DNA of 35,983 bases from a virus (taxonomy: Duplodnaviria; Caudoviricetes): IMG/VR virus record IMGVR_UViG_3300018019_000020, positions 1 to 35,983 of that record; one strand, written 5' to 3'. The translations under genes and the position numbers were made by a program. The notes under the pieces are model-generated. The model searched no databases and was not told where the DNA came from. It saw only the letters and a list, made by a program, of their open reading frames with translations. Positions 34,732-35,983 of the stretch are shown here, piece by piece (position 1 is the stretch's first letter; each line of letters begins with the position of its first letter).

Positions 34732-35295
34732 TCAACCAGGAATTATTTTACCTAACCCACCTACTATTCCACCGGCTGTATTCAATCCAGCTAAAATATC
34801 ATCTAAGGTAGAATTATTGCTAAAGGCTCCCAAGAGTCCTTGCTGCTGTCCGTATTGTCCCATTTGGTTCTGTATATTTTGTTGATCAACGCCCTGCTGA
34901 GCTCCTGTAATGTTAAATTGCTGTTGGTTAGCATTGCTCATTATTCCAGGAAGTAAAGCCAGCCTGTTAGCTTGTAGCTGCTGTAATGCGTTAGTTCCGG
35001 CAGCTCCGGCTTGCTCTTGCGCACCAGAGGCTAAACCTTGAGCTATGGATCCACCGTAGCCATAACTTAAAGCATTTGCCATAGCACCACCACCGGCTTG
35101 ATTAGCATTGGTTTGAGTCTGTTGATTTATTGATTGAGCGCCTTGATTAGTATAATTATTTAACGCTCCTATTTGTTGCTGGGGGGAAAAAGGCTGTTGG
35201 TAGTTTGCGAATAAGTTAGGGGCTTGCGAATTGAAACTCCCAACTTGACCGTATAACTGTTGTGCCTGCTGTTCTTGTGACGATGTTGTAGACAT
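34732..35295 (-). CDS. DNA pilot / ejection protein
   Basis: Gln/Gly/Ala/Asn-rich with almost no charged residues and a C-terminal Gly-rich amphipathic helix. Confidence 0.65.
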   Translation of the reverse strand: MSTTSSQEQQAQQLYGQVGSFNSQAPNLFANYQQPFSPQQQIGALNNYTNQGAQSINQQTQTNANQAGGGAMANALSYGYGGSIAQGLASGAQEQAGAAGTNALQQLQANRLALLPGIMSNANQQQFNITGAQQGVDQQNIQNQMGQYGQQQGLLGAFSNNSTLDDILAGLNTAGGIVGGLGKIIPG

Positions 35296-35652
35296 TTATT
35301 TTAACTCCTTATCATAGAAATTTTTTTCCATTGCTTGATATTCATCAAATATTTTATAAAAACCTAATTTTTTTAATAACTTTTCTGTCCTTGTAAAGCA
35401 TCTTACAATTTTGGCTTCCGATAATCTTACGTGCCATTCAGCGAAATCATAAAGTTTCTTAGCGATAACAGGATTTTTACAGACAAACGGTTCGATAAAC
35501 ATCACCGCCCTTAATACTACAAAACCTACAATTTCACCTTTGGCGGATTCCGCAACAAACATTTTGCCTTCAGTAGGTAATAACATTCCGTTATCAACTG
35601 AAAGTTTCTTTACGGCTTCAAAATCCATAGGTTCAAATTCTCTTATTGTCAT
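35296..35652 (-). CDS. GNAT-fold acetyltransferase-like protein
   Basis: MTIREF...DFEAV..L, FVAE...GEIVGF, LLKKLGF; precedes the ejection genes as in P22-like phages. Confidence 0.7.
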   Translation of the reverse strand: MTIREFEPMDFEAVKKLSVDNGMLLPTEGKMFVAESAKGEIVGFVVLRAVMFIEPFVCKNPVIAKKLYDFAEWHVRLSEAKIVRCFTRTEKLLKKLGFYKIFDEYQAMEKNFYDKELK

Positions 35653-35659
35653 TTTCTCC

Positions 35660-35782
35660 TTAATAACTATCTATAATAAACCAATTGAATGAACTCGTAT
35701 CAAGAACATTTGTAGAGTTGACAACAAAAGAAGTACCTGCAATTACCATCACTTCATTGTTTGTATCTATTACTGCTTTCAT
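35660..35782 (-). CDS. 40-aa ORF, possible tail-gene remnant
   Basis: AAAGGA SD; MKAVIDTNNEVMVIAGTSFVVNSTNVLDTSSFNWFIIDSY. Confidence 0.45.
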   Translation of the reverse strand: MKAVIDTNNEVMVIAGTSFVVNSTNVLDTSSFNWFIIDSY

Positions 35783-35806
35783 GTTTTTATTCCTTTATTT
35801 TTTTTT

Positions 35807-35983
35807 TTAATGCATTGTGTATTGATAAACAGTTTCACTATTATTATCCAACACATACATTTTAGTTCCATCTGGACTAAATGCTAGTCCATAAGGACCA
35901 CTGCTTTGTCCACTAACTGATTTACTAAGAGAAGCATAACTTGCAGTGCTAACGTTCCATGCGGTGGAAAGTGTATATTGATA
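35807..35983 (-). CDS. C-terminus of a beta-propeller-repeat tail fibre / receptor-binding protein (5'-truncated)
   Basis: YQYTLSTAWNVSTASY...GLAFSPDGTKMYV...VYQYTMH then TAA. Confidence 0.7.
   Translation of the reverse strand, partial: YQYTLSTAWNVSTASYASLSKSVSGQSSGPYGLAFSPDGTKMYVLDNNSETVYQYTMH

Noticed and set aside
35293-35298. Second TAA-ATG in-frame junction as a split gene
   Set aside because: A clear AAGGAG SD precedes the ATG and the two proteins differ in composition, so it is a normal junction.
35807-35983. Diversity-generating retroelement target in the tail fibre
   Set aside because: No reverse transcriptase or template-repeat copy seen in the window; cannot be excluded outside it.

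Overview
AT-rich tailed-phage DNA that looks like most of a circularly permuted podovirus-type genome, cut within the tail genes (both edges run into minus-strand tail ORFs). Left minus block (1-14.7 kb): small and large terminase, P22-like portal, scaffold, N4-gp56/DUF4043-type major capsid protein, adaptor proteins and a truncated tail nozzle. Plus block (14.8-25.2 kb): RHH regulator, GIY-YIG, Imm5-like and pentapeptide-repeat proteins, YqaJ exonuclease and RecT, MmcB-like nuclease, lambda-O-like initiator with internal iterons, and NinG. Right minus block (25.3-36 kb): GH108 endolysin and membrane proteins, a PurD-like ATP-grasp plus HExxE gene pair, ejection proteins, a GNAT-like protein and a beta-propeller tail-fibre end. 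No integrase, CI-like repressor, tRNA or CRISPR array was seen. Best leads: (1) a complete dif-like XerC/XerD site with a correctly oriented KOPS octamer between terS and terL, plus a second XerD half-site with its own KOPS; (2) hydrophobic leaders or signal peptides on capsid, scaffold and two late-module proteins; (3) the ATP-grasp/metallopeptidase pair; (4) a tandem-duplicated adaptor; (5) an in-frame TAA splitting the large ejection protein; (6) a two-state RNA leader before the replication genes. All family assignments come from motif recognition by eye, not database searches.
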